Positions 10,275 through 20,718 of a stretch of 64,000 nucleotides of DNA are shown here, piece after piece. Within the stretch, counting starts at the first letter, position 1. Every line of letters begins with the position of its first letter. Origin of the DNA: Limnohabitans sp. (lineage in GTDB: Bacteria > Pseudomonadota > Gammaproteobacteria > Burkholderiales > Burkholderiaceae_C); contig NZ_JAOASQ010000017.1 in assembly GCF_030158565.1 (NCBI RefSeq), forward strand, positions 1,930 to 65,929, in the 5' to 3' direction. Both the position numbers and the translations under genes were made by a program. A model generated the notes under the pieces. The model had not been told where the DNA came from and made no database searches. It worked only from the letters and a program-made list of their open reading frames with translations.

Positions 10275-10346
10275 GTCACCCCGCACGCGATGCGGGGTCC
10301 ATGCAGCTCAAGCCCATGGATGCCGGACCCAGTCTGGCATGGCACA
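10275..10346. repeat. REP-like inverted doublet (family TGTCAYSCCG...CGGSRTCCA) filling the psd/kup convergent gap
   Basis: GTCACCCCGCACGCGATGCGGGGTCCATG (10275-10303) is paired with the inverted unit GATGCCGGACCCAGTCTGGCATGGCACA (10319-10346). The two-hairpin architecture is the same as at 51.9, 56.0 and 62.5 kb. Confidence 0.6.
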
Positions 10347-10348
10347 GA

Positions 10349-12235
10349 TCAGATCTCGATCTTCGAGCCCAGCTCGACCACCGCGTTGGTGGGCAGGTTC
10401 AGGAACTCGGCCGCTGCACTGGCGTTGTGGTGCATCTGGGCAAAGAGCTTTTCGCGCCAGGTGGCCATGCCGCCGCCAATCGTCGGGATCACGATATCGC
10501 GTGACAGGAAGTAGCTGGTCATCATCGGATCGAGTTTGTAGCCATCGTCTTCAATGGTGGCCAGTGCCGATGGCAAGTCGGGGTTGTCCTTGAAGCCGTA
10601 GTTGACGATGACCTGCCAGCAATCATGCCCCAAGGGCGTGACATCCAGACGCTGGCTCGCGGCCACGCGCGGCAGCTCGTGGCTGCGCACGGTGACAAAC
10701 AGATTGCGCTCGTGCAAAACCTTGTTGTGCTTGAGGTTGTGCAACAAGGCATTGGGCACGGCCCCTGTCTCGGCCGTCAGGAACACGGCCGTGCCCTCCA
10801 CCCGCGTGGGCGCAGAGATGAAAACCGCCTCCAGAAAATCCGTCAACTGCAGGGCATCTGTACGCAAGGACTCGTTGAGCAGGCGTCGGCCATCGTGCCA
10901 GGTCAGCATGAGGGTGAACACGGCTGCGCCGATCATGAGCGGGAACCAGCCGCCGTCAAACAGCTTGAGCAGGTTGGAGGCCCAGAACGCCAGATCGACC
11001 ACAAAGAAGAAACCGGTGGCCCCAATGCACAGCGCCAGCGGCAGCTTCCAGGCGTAACGGATCACAAAGAAGGTGAGCACCGTGGTGATCAGCATGTCGG
11101 TGCACACCGCAATGCCATAAGCGGCGGCCAAGTTGCTCGACGACTTGAACATGACCACCGCCATCACGATGGCCACAAACAAACCCCAGTTCACAAATGG
11201 CATGTAGATCTGCCCAGTGTCGGTCTCGCTGGTGTGCAGCACTTGCAGGCGCGGCAGGTAGCCCAGCTGGATCACCTGTTTGGTCACGCTGAAGGCCCCG
11301 GAGATCAGCGCCTGCGAAGCGATCACGGTGGCCATGGTGGCCAGGCCCACCAAAGGCAGCAAGGCCCAGTCGGGCGCCATCATGAAAAACGGATTTTTGA
11401 CCGCTTCGGGCTCAGACAACAAGAGCGCGCCTTGGCCAAAATAGTTCAGCACCAAGCAAGGCATGACCACGCTGAACCAAGCCAGACGAATGGGCTTTTT
11501 GCCAAAGTGCCCCATGTCCGCATACAGCGCTTCACCGCCTGTGACGCACAACACGACCGCGCCCAAAATGATGAAGGTGGTGCCCGGCTCGTTCCACATG
11601 AAGCTCAAGGCGTAATGCGGACTGATGGCCAACAAGATCTCTGGGCGCTGAACGATGTGCGACACCCCCAGCACAGCGATGGCGGCAAACCAGACCAAGG
11701 TGATCGGGCCAAAGAACTTGCCAATGCCCGCCGTGCCGCGCTTTTGCACCCAAAACAAGCCAAACAAAATCACCAGGGTGAGCGGAATGACCGATTTTTT
11801 GAAGGTGGGCGAAATGACTTCAAGGCCCTCGACGGCCGACAGCACCGAAATCGCGGGGGTGATGACGCCGTCGCCATAAAAAAGACAGGTGCCAAAGATG
11901 CCAACCACCAGCAAAACTTTGCGCAGTTGGGGTTTGTCTTTGACCGATTGCGAAGCGAGCGCCAACATGGCCACCAAGCCACCTTCGCCATGGTTGTCGG
12001 CACGCAACACCAGGACCACGTACTTGACCGACACGATGGTGGTCAAGGTCCAGAAGAAGATGGAAAGGATGCCGTAAACGTTCTCGGGCGTGAAAGGCAC
12101 ATGGCCTGAGCCAAAGACCTCTTTCATGGCATACAGCACGCTGGTGCCGATGTCGCCGTAAACCACGCCAATGGCGCCCAAGGTCAGGGCGGCGAGTGAG
12201 GATTTTGTAGAAGACACAAAAAATGGCCTGACCAT
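10349..12235 (-). CDS. kup: KUP/HAK/KT potassium uptake transporter
   Basis: 628 aa with N-terminal [19 protein letters not shown] and 12 hydrophobic segments plus a cytoplasmic C-domain. Confidence 0.95.
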   Translation of the reverse strand: MVRPFFVSSTKSSLAALTLGAIGVVYGDIGTSVLYAMKEVFGSGHVPFTPENVYGILSIFFWTLTTIVSVKYVVLVLRADNHGEGGLVAMLALASQSVKDKPQLRKVLLVVGIFGTCLFYGDGVITPAISVLSAVEGLEVISPTFKKSVIPLTLVILFGLFWVQKRGTAGIGKFFGPITLVWFAAIAVLGVSHIVQRPEILLAISPHYALSFMWNEPGTTFIILGAVVLCVTGGEALYADMGHFGKKPIRLAWFSVVMPCLVLNYFGQGALLLSEPEAVKNPFFMMAPDWALLPLVGLATMATVIASQALISGAFSVTKQVIQLGYLPRLQVLHTSETDTGQIYMPFVNWGLFVAIVMAVVMFKSSSNLAAAYGIAVCTDMLITTVLTFFVIRYAWKLPLALCIGATGFFFVVDLAFWASNLLKLFDGGWFPLMIGAAVFTLMLTWHDGRRLLNESLRTDALQLTDFLEAVFISAPTRVEGTAVFLTAETGAVPNALLHNLKHNKVLHERNLFVTVRSHELPRVAASQRLDVTPLGHDCWQVIVNYGFKDNPDLPSALATIEDDGYKLDPMMTSYFLSRDIVIPTIGGGMATWREKLFAQMHHNASAAAEFLNLPTNAVVELGSKIEI

Positions 12236-12329
12236 GGGTCAGGCTTTGAAACTTGAAGTTCGCTATTTTGCGCCCGTTCAAGCGGGCATGTCACCGACTT
12301 TGGCGACAATTTGTTGCAGTGCAGCAACT

Positions 12330-13625
12330 TCAGTCGTAGACCTCGGCCTCGGGGTCGGTCGCTTCCAGCTCGTAACTGGCCGCCAGCATGGCCAGGCGGC
12401 CAATCACACCGTACATGTAAAAACGATTGGGCACGCTGGCACCGGGTTTGATGCCTGGCTGGGGCAGGTGCGGTGTGTCAGCGAAGGCCAAAGGCACAAA
12501 GCTGGCACCCGGCGCGTTCAGGTTCTCGTCCACACCGCGCTCGGCGTGCACGCGGTAGAAACCACCCACCACATAACGGTCCATCATGTAGACCACGGGC
12601 TCGGCCACCGCATCGTTGATGCGCTCGTTGGTCAACACGCCTTCCTGGATGATCACGTCGTTGACGGTCTGACCGTCCTTGATGACGTTCATCTTGTTGC
12701 GGGTCTTGCGGTTCAGGGCGTCCAGATCGGACACGTCGCGCACCGTCATGATGCCCATGCCGTAAGTGCCGTTGTCGGCCTTGACGACCACAAACGGCTT
12801 TTCGTTGATGCCGTATTCCTTGTACTTGCGCTTGATCTTGGTCAGCAGCGCATCCACATTGCTGCGCAGGCACTCCATGCCCGTGCCTTCGGCAAAGTTC
12901 ACATCGCCGCACTGGCTGAACATGGGGTTGATCAGCCAGGGGTCGATGCCCAGCAGCTTGCCAAAGCGCTTGGCGACTTCTTCGTAGCTCTGGAAATGCT
13001 TGGTCTTGCGGCGCACGCTCCAGCCGGCGTGCAGGGGCGGCAGCAAAAACTGCTCATGCAGTTCTTCCAGGATGCCCGGGGCACCGGCCGACAGGTCGTT
13101 GTTGAGCAAGATGGTGCAGGGGTCGAAATCTTTCAGGCCCAGGCGGTGCTTGCTGCGCACCACCGGCTCCAGGGTCACGCTCTCGCCATTGGGCAGCTCG
13201 ATGGTGGTCGGCTCCTTGATGTCGGGGTTGATCGAGCCAATGCGCACATTCAGACCTGCCATGTGAAAAATGCGCTGCAGCTGCAGCACGTTCGTCAAAT
13301 AGAAGGTGTTGCGCGTGTGGTTCTCAGGAATGATCAGCAGGTTCTTGGCCTCGGGGCAGATCTTCTCGATGGCCGCCTGCGCCGCCTGCACCGCCAAAGG
13401 CAGCATCTCGGGCGTCAGGTTGTTCCAGCCACCGGGGTAGAGGTTGGTGTCGACCGGGGCCAACTTGAAGCCCGCGTTGCGGATGTCCACCGAGGTGTAG
13501 AACGGTGGCGTGTGCTCCATCCATTCCAGGCGGAACCAGCGTTCAATGGCGGGCATCGAGTCCAAGATGCGCTGTTCCAGCTCATTGATGGGGCCATTGA
13601 GGGCGGTGACGAGATGGGGAACCAT
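12330..13625 (-). CDS. gshA: Glutamate--cysteine ligase (betaproteobacterial GshA type)
   Basis: ORF trimmed to the ATG at 13625 (MVPHLVTALNGPINELEQRILD...). The FYTSVDIRNAGFKLAPVDTNLYPGGWNNL block is what I recall for this roughly 430-aa GshA family. Confidence 0.8.
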   Translation of the reverse strand: MVPHLVTALNGPINELEQRILDSMPAIERWFRLEWMEHTPPFYTSVDIRNAGFKLAPVDTNLYPGGWNNLTPEMLPLAVQAAQAAIEKICPEAKNLLIIPENHTRNTFYLTNVLQLQRIFHMAGLNVRIGSINPDIKEPTTIELPNGESVTLEPVVRSKHRLGLKDFDPCTILLNNDLSAGAPGILEELHEQFLLPPLHAGWSVRRKTKHFQSYEEVAKRFGKLLGIDPWLINPMFSQCGDVNFAEGTGMECLRSNVDALLTKIKRKYKEYGINEKPFVVVKADNGTYGMGIMTVRDVSDLDALNRKTRNKMNVIKDGQTVNDVIIQEGVLTNERINDAVAEPVVYMMDRYVVGGFYRVHAERGVDENLNAPGASFVPLAFADTPHLPQPGIKPGASVPNRFYMYGVIGRLAMLAASYELEATDPEAEVYD

Positions 13626-13723
13626 GGGTGGGCCTTCGGTGAACGGAAAACTGAGAAATGATATGGGGCCGGTCGGTGCCAATACAAGCACCTACCGGAC
13701 ATGGCCGCACAAACTGCGTGCGC

Positions 13724-14995
13724 TCAGGTACGGACTTCGCCTTCGCCCAACACCACGTACTTGAGCGAGGTCAGGCCTTCGATGCCCACCGGGCCACGCG
13801 CGTGGAACTTGTCGGTCGAGATGCCGATCTCGGCACCGAGTCCGTACTCAAAACCGTCTGCAAAGCGGGTGCTGGCGTTGACCATGACGCTGGACGAGTC
13901 CACCTCGCGCAAAAAGCGCTGGGCGTGCATGTGGTCACGCGTCAGGATGGCTTCGGTGTGGTGGCTGCTGTAGTGGTTGATGTGGGCAATCGCCTCATCC
14001 AGCCCATCCACCACTTTGACGCTGATGATGGGCGCGAGGTATTCCTCGGACCAGTCCTGCTCGGTGGCGTCTTGCAGCTGGGCCCCGCTGACCTGGCTCA
14101 AAATGGTCTTGGACTTGGGGCAGCAGCGCATTTCCACACCCTTGGCCGCATAAATGGCGCCAATCTTGGGCAAGAACTCGGCCGCCACGCCCTTGGCCAC
14201 CAGCAGACTCTCGCTGGCATTGCAGGGGCTGTACTTCTGCGTTTTGGCGTTGTCGGCCACCCGGACCGCCATGTCGATGTCGCATGGCTCGTCCACATAG
14301 GTGTGGCAATTGCCGTCCAGGTGCTTGATGACCGGCACCTTGGCCTCGGCGCTGATGCGCTCGATCAGGCCTTTGCCACCGCGGGGGATGACCACGTCCA
14401 CAAACTGCGGCATGGTGATCAGCTGGCCTACAGCGGCGCGGTCGGTGGTTTGCACCAATTGCACCGCATCGACCGGCAAACCGCTGTCGGCCAAGGCTTG
14501 CTGCACCAGCTTGGCCAAGGCCTTGTTGGAGTCGATCGCCTCGGAGCCACCGCGCAAGATGCAGGCATTGCCGCTTTTGATCGACAAGCTGGCCGCTTCA
14601 ATGGTCACATTGGGGCGGCTCTCGAAAATCATGCCGAACACGCCAATGGGCACCCGCATCTGGCCCACGCGGATGCCGCTGGGTTGCTGCTTCATGCCCA
14701 AAATTTCGCCGATCACATCGGGCATGGCGGCCAATTGCTCGCAGCCTTGGGCACAGGTTTCCAGCACTTTGGGCGTGAGCTTGAGGCGGTCCACCATGGG
14801 CTCGGACAGGCCGGTGGCTTGGGCGCGGGCCAAATCCTTGGCATTGTCCAGTTGCAGGGCTTCGGTGTTTTCGCGCAGCAAAGCGGCCAATCGGCGCAGG
14901 GCCTGGTTCTTGACGGCGGCAGAGGCCTTGGCCATCAAGGCCGAGGCTTTTTTGGCCTGTTGCCCGAGGGTTTGGACGTGTTCAACGGTGTTCAT
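13724..14995 (-). CDS. proA: Gamma-glutamyl phosphate reductase
   Basis: ORF trimmed to the ATG at 14995 ([18 protein letters not shown]...). It has aldehyde dehydrogenase-like blocks and a catalytic Cys context ([13 protein letters not shown]). Confidence 0.93.
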   Translation of the reverse strand: MNTVEHVQTLGQQAKKASALMAKASAAVKNQALRRLAALLRENTEALQLDNAKDLARAQATGLSEPMVDRLKLTPKVLETCAQGCEQLAAMPDVIGEILGMKQQPSGIRVGQMRVPIGVFGMIFESRPNVTIEAASLSIKSGNACILRGGSEAIDSNKALAKLVQQALADSGLPVDAVQLVQTTDRAAVGQLITMPQFVDVVIPRGGKGLIERISAEAKVPVIKHLDGNCHTYVDEPCDIDMAVRVADNAKTQKYSPCNASESLLVAKGVAAEFLPKIGAIYAAKGVEMRCCPKSKTILSQVSGAQLQDATEQDWSEEYLAPIISVKVVDGLDEAIAHINHYSSHHTEAILTRDHMHAQRFLREVDSSSVMVNASTRFADGFEYGLGAEIGISTDKFHARGPVGIEGLTSLKYVVLGEGEVRT

Positions 14996-15040
14996 GGGGC
15001 CCATTTTCGCAGATGCCAAGGGGATGGCGCAGCGCTGGAA

Positions 15041-16093
15041 TCAACGCACCATGCACATGCGCGAAAACCGCATGGCCAGGCGACCCAAGGCTTGCCAGGG
15101 GTCGGTCGGCCAATCGGGCACCTTCAGGCCTTTGACGATGCCGTCCACTTGGTGGGCCGATTGCAGCAAGCCGTTCAGGCGGGCTTCGGACAAACGGGGC
15201 AACACGCGCTCAAACAAACGCTCACGCGGGCCCCAGACACGCTGCTCCCGCAGGGCCATGGGCAAGGGCTTGCCTGCAGCCATGGCGTCTTTGACGCGCT
15301 TGAGGGCCCGGATGTCTTCGGCCAGGGTGTAGTGCACCAGCACAGCGGCTTCGCCCTCGGCCTGCAGGCCGTCCAGCATGCGCTGCACACGCGAGACCTG
15401 CCCGGACAAGACCGACTCGGACAGCTTGAACACGTCGTAACGCGCGACATTGAGCACCGCCGCTTCGACCTGGTCCTGGCTGAGTTCGCCCGCGGGGTGG
15501 AGCAAACCGAGTTTCTGGATCTCTTGGTGCGCTGCCAGCAGGTTGCCTTCCACGCGGTCGGCAAAAAACTGCAAAGTGCGCTGCCCTTCTTCGCCTGCGG
15601 CCACGCTTTGGCCCTGACGCTGCAAGCGCTGGGCGATCCACTGCGGCAAAGCGTTGCGGTCCACCGGATCGATCTGGAGGGTCACGCCCGCGCCTTCCAG
15701 CGCACCAAACCAGGCCCCTTTGCGGGTGGCCGCGTCCAGTCGGGGCAACAAGAACAAGGTCAGCGTGCTGTCGTTGCCCTGCGCCGATTCGGCCAATTGC
15801 TGGATGGCCGGGCTGCCCTCTTTGCCGGGCTTGCCCGAGGGGATGCGCACTTCCACAATTTGTTTGTCGGCAAACAAGCTCATGGAGCCGCCTGCGGCCA
15901 GCACTTCGCTCCAGTCAAAGTGTGCACCCGCCACGGTGTGCACCGTGCGTTCGGTGTAGCCCTGCGCACGGGCCGCCGCACGGATGGCATCGGCGGCCTC
16001 CTGGATGAGCAGGGCTTCGTCACCGTGCAAGGTGTAGAGACTGCGCAAGCCTTTTTGCAGGTGCGCAGCAAGCTGAGGTAAGGCCAGTTGCAT
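15041..16093 (-). CDS. holA: DNA polymerase III subunit delta
   Basis: 350 aa starting MQLALPQLAAHLQKGLRSLYTLHGDEALL, in the conserved leuS-lptE-holA order. Confidence 0.85.
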   Translation of the reverse strand: MQLALPQLAAHLQKGLRSLYTLHGDEALLIQEAADAIRAAARAQGYTERTVHTVAGAHFDWSEVLAAGGSMSLFADKQIVEVRIPSGKPGKEGSPAIQQLAESAQGNDSTLTLFLLPRLDAATRKGAWFGALEGAGVTLQIDPVDRNALPQWIAQRLQRQGQSVAAGEEGQRTLQFFADRVEGNLLAAHQEIQKLGLLHPAGELSQDQVEAAVLNVARYDVFKLSESVLSGQVSRVQRMLDGLQAEGEAAVLVHYTLAEDIRALKRVKDAMAAGKPLPMALREQRVWGPRERLFERVLPRLSEARLNGLLQSAHQVDGIVKGLKVPDWPTDPWQALGRLAMRFSRMCMVR

Positions 16094-16103
16094 TGCTCAG
16101 GCG

Positions 16104-16646
16104 TCAGGGTTTGGCCGGCGCTGCAGGCATGATTTTTCGGGGCTTGACAAGTGACAAGCGGCGCATGATCTGCTGCACGATGTCTGTTTGCATGTCACGG
16201 TACATCATGCCCATCTCGATTTCCTTGGACAAGGCCGCCGTTTCCGTGAAACTCAAGTCGCGCTGTTGGTAGAGCTCCACCGGCTCAATCCACTCCTCGC
16301 CTTGCGGCGTGCGCAGCCGGAAGCTCACACGCAAGCGCAACTGCATTTCGCGCACCTGACCGGAGGCATTCATGCCCACCACCACCTGCTGGCGCACTTC
16401 GCTCAGGATGTCGAGGATGGCATCGGTGTCCGGCATTTTCTTGGGGTCGGTCACCAAGTCGATGCGCCCCGAACCCAGCAAGTTGCGGCGCAGCTCCACG
16501 CCCAGGGGAGAGCTTTCCGAGAAGTTGCCGTACAGGGTCTTGAACGGGAAATCCTGCGTCTGGCGCAGCGCAAAGCCACAAGCCGTCAGGGCCACCGCCG
16601 GAGCAATGGCCAAAGCAGTCAAGATGCGGCGGCGCGAAGCGTTCAT
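16104..16646 (-). CDS. lptE: LPS-assembly lipoprotein LptE
   Basis: 180 aa with signal peptide plus lipobox (VALTAC), immediately downstream of leuS as in most Proteobacteria. Confidence 0.8.
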   Translation of the reverse strand: MNASRRRILTALAIAPAVALTACGFALRQTQDFPFKTLYGNFSESSPLGVELRRNLLGSGRIDLVTDPKKMPDTDAILDILSEVRQQVVVGMNASGQVREMQLRLRVSFRLRTPQGEEWIEPVELYQQRDLSFTETAALSKEIEMGMMYRDMQTDIVQQIMRRLSLVKPRKIMPAAPAKP

Positions 16647-16654
16647 GCGGACTC

Positions 16655-19444
16655 TCAGACGACGATGTTGACCAGGCGGCCAGGCACCACGATGACCTTC
16701 TTGGGCGCAGCGCCAGCGGCCTGCTTGACAAAGGCCTCGTTGGCCAAGGCAGCGGCCTCAATCTGCGCTTTGTCGGCCGACGCAGGCACCAGGATGGACC
16801 CGCGCAGCTTGCCGTTGATTTGCAGCATCAGCTCGATCTGGTCGCGCTCCAAAGCCGACTCGTCCACGGTGGGCCAAGGCGCATCGAGCAACTCGCCTGC
16901 AGCTTGGGCAAAACCCAGTTGCTGCCAAACTTCGTCGGTGATGTGCGGGCAGGCGGGGTAAAGCATGCGCATCAAGAGGGAGACGCCTTCGCACAGGGCG
17001 GCGGTATCGCCTGCACTGCCATCGGGCTTGAAATCTTCCAACGCGTTGAGCAGCTTCATGCAGCCGGACACCACGGTGTTGTACTGCATGCGCTCGTAGT
17101 CGTAACCGACTTGCTTGAGCACCAGGTGCATCTCGCGGCGCAAGGCTTTGGCCGCATCGCCCAAGGCGGCTTGGCTCAGGTCTTGGCTTGTGGCCGAACG
17201 CAGCAATTCGTTGTGCTTGAAAGCGAAGTTCCAAACGCGGCGCAAAAAGCGGTAGCTGCCTTCCACGGCAGAGTCGTTCCACTCCAGCGTCACCTCAGGC
17301 GGTGCGGTGAACATGGTGTACAGGCGCGCCGTGTCGGCACCGTAGCGCTCGATCAGGTCTTGCGGGTCCACGCCGTTGTTCTTGGACTTGGACATGGTGC
17401 CCACGCCCTCGTAGTCGATGGCGGTGCCCACGGGCAAGCGGCCATCGCCGCTGTCGGCTTCGTTCTTGAGCTTGGCGCCGATCACCTTGCCGGTCTCGTC
17501 GAGCACATGCTCCACGTCGTGCGGCCAGAAGTAGTCCTTGCCGCCCTTGGCGGTGCGGCGCGAATAGATGTGGTTGAGCACCATGCCCTGCGTGAGCAGC
17601 TTGCTGAAGGGCTCATCGACCTTGACCAGGCCCAAGTCGCGCATGACCTTGGTCCAGAAGCGGGCGTAGAGCAAATGCAGGATGGCGTGCTCGATGCCGC
17701 CGATGTATTGGTCCATGCCGCTGCCGCCAGTGGCGTTGTTCTGGTCCCGCATCCAATAGTCCGCACCCTCTGCCACCATCTTCTCGGTGTTGGTCGGGTC
17801 GCAATAGCGCATGAAGTACCAGGACGAATCCACAAAGGTGTCCATGGTGTCGGTCTCGCGGCGCGCGGGTTTGCCACACACCGGGCAAGTCACGCCCGCG
17901 TGGAAACCTTCGTGCTTGTGCAGCGGGTTGCCCGAACCGTCAGGGATGCAGTCTTGCGGCAACACCACAGGCAGGTCTTTTTCGGGCACGGGCACGGCGC
18001 CGTGTTCATCGCAATGGATGATCGGGATCGGTGTGCCCCAGTAGCGCTGGCGGCTCACGCCCCAGTCGCGCAGACGCCAGGTGGTTTTCTTCTCGCCCAG
18101 GCCTTTGGCAGCCAGCAGTTCGGCCACTTTGGTGACGGCGGCTTTGAAGCCCAAGCCATCGAGTTCGCCGGAGTTGACGCACACGCCATCTTTGGTGCCG
18201 TACCACTCTGACCAAGTTGTCACATCAAAAGAGGCCTTGGCGTTGCCTGCGACGGGCAACGATGTGGAGCCTGCGTCTGAGGCGCCCGGCGCAGGCGACG
18301 ACAAAGCCGCCCCACGCTGAGCCACGACTTGCTTGATCGGCAAGGCGTATTTCAAAGCAAATGCAAAGTCGCGCTCGTCGTGCGCAGGCACGCCCATCAC
18401 GGCGCCATCGCCGTAGCTCATGAGCACGTAATTGCCCACCCAGACCTCGACTTGCACGCCCGTCAAGGGATGCGTGACGAACAGGCCGGTAGCCATGCCC
18501 TTCTTTTCTTGCGTGGCCAACTCGGCTTCGGTCGTGCCGCCGCTCTTGCACTCTTCCAGGAAAGCGGCCAAGGCAGGATTGGAAGCCGCAGCGTGCAGCG
18601 CCAGCGGGTGCTCAGCAGCCACCGCGCAAAAAGTCACACCCATGATGGTGTCGGCACGGGTGGTGAAGACGTACATCTTGCCGTCGCCGATCAGAGCGCC
18701 GTCCGCACCTGCAATGCTGTGCGGGAAGGCGAAGCGCACGCCCTCAGACTTGCCGATCCAGTTTTCCTGCATCAGGCGCACTTTGTCAGGCCAGCCGTTG
18801 AGCGTGGCCTTGTCGTTGCCCAGCTGCACGTGGTCGAGCAACTCTTGCGCGTACTGCGTGATGTTCAGGTAATAGCCAGGGATCTCGCGCTTTTCGACCA
18901 ATGCGCCGGTGCGCCAGCCGCGACCGTCAATCACCTGCTCGTTGGCCAGCACGGTCTGGTCCACCGGATCCCAGTTGACGATCTGGGTCTTGCGGTAGGC
19001 GATGCCTTTTTCCAGCATCTTGAGAAACAGCCATTGGTTCCACTTGTAATAAGTGGGGTCGCAGGTGGCGACTTCGCGCGACCAGTCGATGGCCAAGCCC
19101 ATCGCCTGCATCTGCTTTTTCATGTAAGCGATGTTTTCGTAGGTCCACTTGGCCGGTGGCACACCGTTTTTGAGCGCGGCGTTTTCAGCGGGCAGACCGA
19201 AGGCGTCCCAGCCCATGGGCATGAGGACGTTGTAGCCCTTCATGCGCAGGCTGCGCGTGAGCATGTCGTTGATGGTGTAGTTGCGCACATGGCCCATGTG
19301 CAGCTTGCCGCTGGGGTAGGGCAGCATGGAGCAGGCGTAGAACTTCTTTTTGCTGGCGTCTTCGGTGACGCGGTAGGCATCGCGGGCCGTCCAGCGGGCC
19401 TGGGCTGCGGGTTCGACTTCGAGGTGGTTGTACTTGTCTTGCAT
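16655..19444 (-). CDS. leuS: Leucine--tRNA ligase
   Basis: 929 aa with the class I HIGH-type motif ([13 protein letters not shown]), KMSKS ([10 protein letters not shown]) and the CP1 editing domain. It contains an extra 20-codon palindromic insertion (see findings). Confidence 0.97.
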   Translation of the reverse strand: MQDKYNHLEVEPAAQARWTARDAYRVTEDASKKKFYACSMLPYPSGKLHMGHVRNYTINDMLTRSLRMKGYNVLMPMGWDAFGLPAENAALKNGVPPAKWTYENIAYMKKQMQAMGLAIDWSREVATCDPTYYKWNQWLFLKMLEKGIAYRKTQIVNWDPVDQTVLANEQVIDGRGWRTGALVEKREIPGYYLNITQYAQELLDHVQLGNDKATLNGWPDKVRLMQENWIGKSEGVRFAFPHSIAGADGALIGDGKMYVFTTRADTIMGVTFCAVAAEHPLALHAAASNPALAAFLEECKSGGTTEAELATQEKKGMATGLFVTHPLTGVQVEVWVGNYVLMSYGDGAVMGVPAHDERDFAFALKYALPIKQVVAQRGAALSSPAPGASDAGSTSLPVAGNAKASFDVTTWSEWYGTKDGVCVNSGELDGLGFKAAVTKVAELLAAKGLGEKKTTWRLRDWGVSRQRYWGTPIPIIHCDEHGAVPVPEKDLPVVLPQDCIPDGSGNPLHKHEGFHAGVTCPVCGKPARRETDTMDTFVDSSWYFMRYCDPTNTEKMVAEGADYWMRDQNNATGGSGMDQYIGGIEHAILHLLYARFWTKVMRDLGLVKVDEPFSKLLTQGMVLNHIYSRRTAKGGKDYFWPHDVEHVLDETGKVIGAKLKNEADSGDGRLPVGTAIDYEGVGTMSKSKNNGVDPQDLIERYGADTARLYTMFTAPPEVTLEWNDSAVEGSYRFLRRVWNFAFKHNELLRSATSQDLSQAALGDAAKALRREMHLVLKQVGYDYERMQYNTVVSGCMKLLNALEDFKPDGSAGDTAALCEGVSLLMRMLYPACPHITDEVWQQLGFAQAAGELLDAPWPTVDESALERDQIELMLQINGKLRGSILVPASADKAQIEAAALANEAFVKQAAGAAPKKVIVVPGRLVNIVV
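18241..18300. repeat. 60-nt hairpin element (conserved 26-nt centre) embedded in-frame in leuS
   Basis: Arms 18241-18257 and 18284-18300 pair at 15 Watson-Crick positions plus 1 G:T, out of 17. The centre 18258-18283 is the reverse complement of the 19526-19551 centre with 1 mismatch. Confidence 0.8.
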
Positions 19445-19501
19445 AGGGGTCGATTGTAGAGGGCGCTGGGTCTGGGGATCGCTGGTTGGAGGTGCGTTGG
19501 G

Positions 19502-19575
19502 GCCCGCAGGGAGGCAGGCCCGGGCGCCTCAGACGCAGGCTCAACATCGTTGCCCGGGCCTGCCTCCCTTCGGGC
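19502..19575. repeat. Long GC hairpin element with conserved 26-nt centre (intergenic copy, exbD/leuS gap)
   Basis: Perfect 17-bp arms GGGAGGCAGGCCCGGGC (19509-19525) and GCCCGGGCCTGCCTCCC (19552-19568), extendable by 6/7 more pairs. Centre is GCCTCAGACGCAGGCTCAACATCGTT. Confidence 0.8.
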
Positions 19576-19626
19576 TCATGCGCTCAAGGTATTCACGCCC
19601 AGCTTTGCACTTGGGCAGGAGATGGC

Positions 19627-20055
19627 TCAGCGCTTGGGGGTAGAGGGGGTCTGGGCGACGAAGCCGATGCGGGACAGGCCCGCTTTTTGGGCCAGGCCCA
19701 TGGTTTCGACCACGCGGCCGTAGGGCACGGACTCGTCGGCACGCAGTTCCAGCTCGGTGTTGGGGTTGCGTTTCGCGGCTTCGGCCAAGCGCAGGCGCAA
19801 AGCTTCGGGCGTGATGGGCTTGTCGGCCAAGTAAACGGTGCCTTGGGCGTCCACCACCAAGGAGACCGCCTGGGGGGAGGCACCGGGCTCGCCGCCCTCA
19901 GACTGGGGCAGGTCCAAGCGGATGGCGCTGGTCATCAGGGGAGCGGTGAGGATGAAGATCACCAGCAAGACCAGCATCACGTCCACCATGGGCGTGACGT
20001 TGATCTCGCTCATGGGCGCATCGGCTTTGGAGGACGCCAGGCGACCGAAGGCCAT
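19627..20055 (-). CDS. exbD: Biopolymer transport protein ExbD/TolR family
   Basis: 142 aa. The N-terminal MSEINVTPMVDVMLVLLVIFILTAP is the ExbD/TolR signature. Confidence 0.85.
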   Translation of the reverse strand: MAFGRLASSKADAPMSEINVTPMVDVMLVLLVIFILTAPLMTSAIRLDLPQSEGGEPGASPQAVSLVVDAQGTVYLADKPITPEALRLRLAEAAKRNPNTELELRADESVPYGRVVETMGLAQKAGLSRIGFVAQTPSTPKR

Positions 20056-20058
20056 GGT

Positions 20059-20703
20059 TCAGTCCTGCGGATCGGCCAGCAGGCCGCGCACATCGTGGGC
20101 AAAGCCTTCAAGTTCGGCTTCGATCCAGGCGATCCGGCGCCCCAGCAGGTTGTAGCCCAGCACGGCCGGAATGGCCACGGCCAGACCGGCGGCGGTCATG
20201 ACCAAGGCTTCGCCCACGGGCCCTGCGACCTTGTCGATGGTCAGTTGCCCCGCCTCAGCCATGCCGGTCAGGGCATTGAAAATGCCCCAGACGGTGCCGA
20301 GCAATCCCACAAAGGGCGAGATCGAACCAGCCGTGGCCAGCAGCAATTGGCCCCATTGCAAACGGCGCACCACGCCCTGCAAGGCGTCGCGCAAAACACG
20401 GGTCAACTGGTTCTGGCGGTCACCGGCCGAGGCCAAGGTGCCGCCCACGGGCAACAAGGTCGCGTCCAGCAAGGGCGCAACGCAGGCATCTCGATCAAAC
20501 TGGGCCACGCCTTGTCGGGCAGCGTCAAATCCAGGGGCCTGCCAGAATGCGGCCACACTGCGGCGCACGTCGCGCTGAACACGGGCCAACAAACGCCATT
20601 TCCAGACAATCACCACCCAGCTGCTGACCGACAAGGCCAACAGCAAGACCGCCAGCACACGGCTGACAAGATCGCTGTGGAGCAAAAAGTCACTCAAACT
20701 CAT
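20059..20703 (-). CDS. exbB: MotA/TolQ/ExbB proton-channel family protein
   Basis: 214 aa with the conserved C-terminal half (SPFVGLLGTVWGIFNAL...ALVMTAAGLAVAIPAV). Confidence 0.85.
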   Translation of the reverse strand: MSLSDFLLHSDLVSRVLAVLLLALSVSSWVVIVWKWRLLARVQRDVRRSVAAFWQAPGFDAARQGVAQFDRDACVAPLLDATLLPVGGTLASAGDRQNQLTRVLRDALQGVVRRLQWGQLLLATAGSISPFVGLLGTVWGIFNALTGMAEAGQLTIDKVAGPVGEALVMTAAGLAVAIPAVLGYNLLGRRIAWIEAELEGFAHDVRGLLADPQD

Positions 20704-20718
20704 GGTGACCGCTCAGGC

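Noticed and set aside
10625-13661. Two ~495-aa plus-strand ORFs (10625..12109 and 12171..13661)
   Set aside because: They are antisense to kup and gshA respectively, with shadow-ORF composition.
13658-16081. 807-aa plus-strand ORF spanning the proA and holA regions
   Set aside because: It is antisense to two well-supported genes and crosses their intergenic gap. It has the shadow-ORF composition (G/H/D/V/L/Q/A runs) and no domain signatures.
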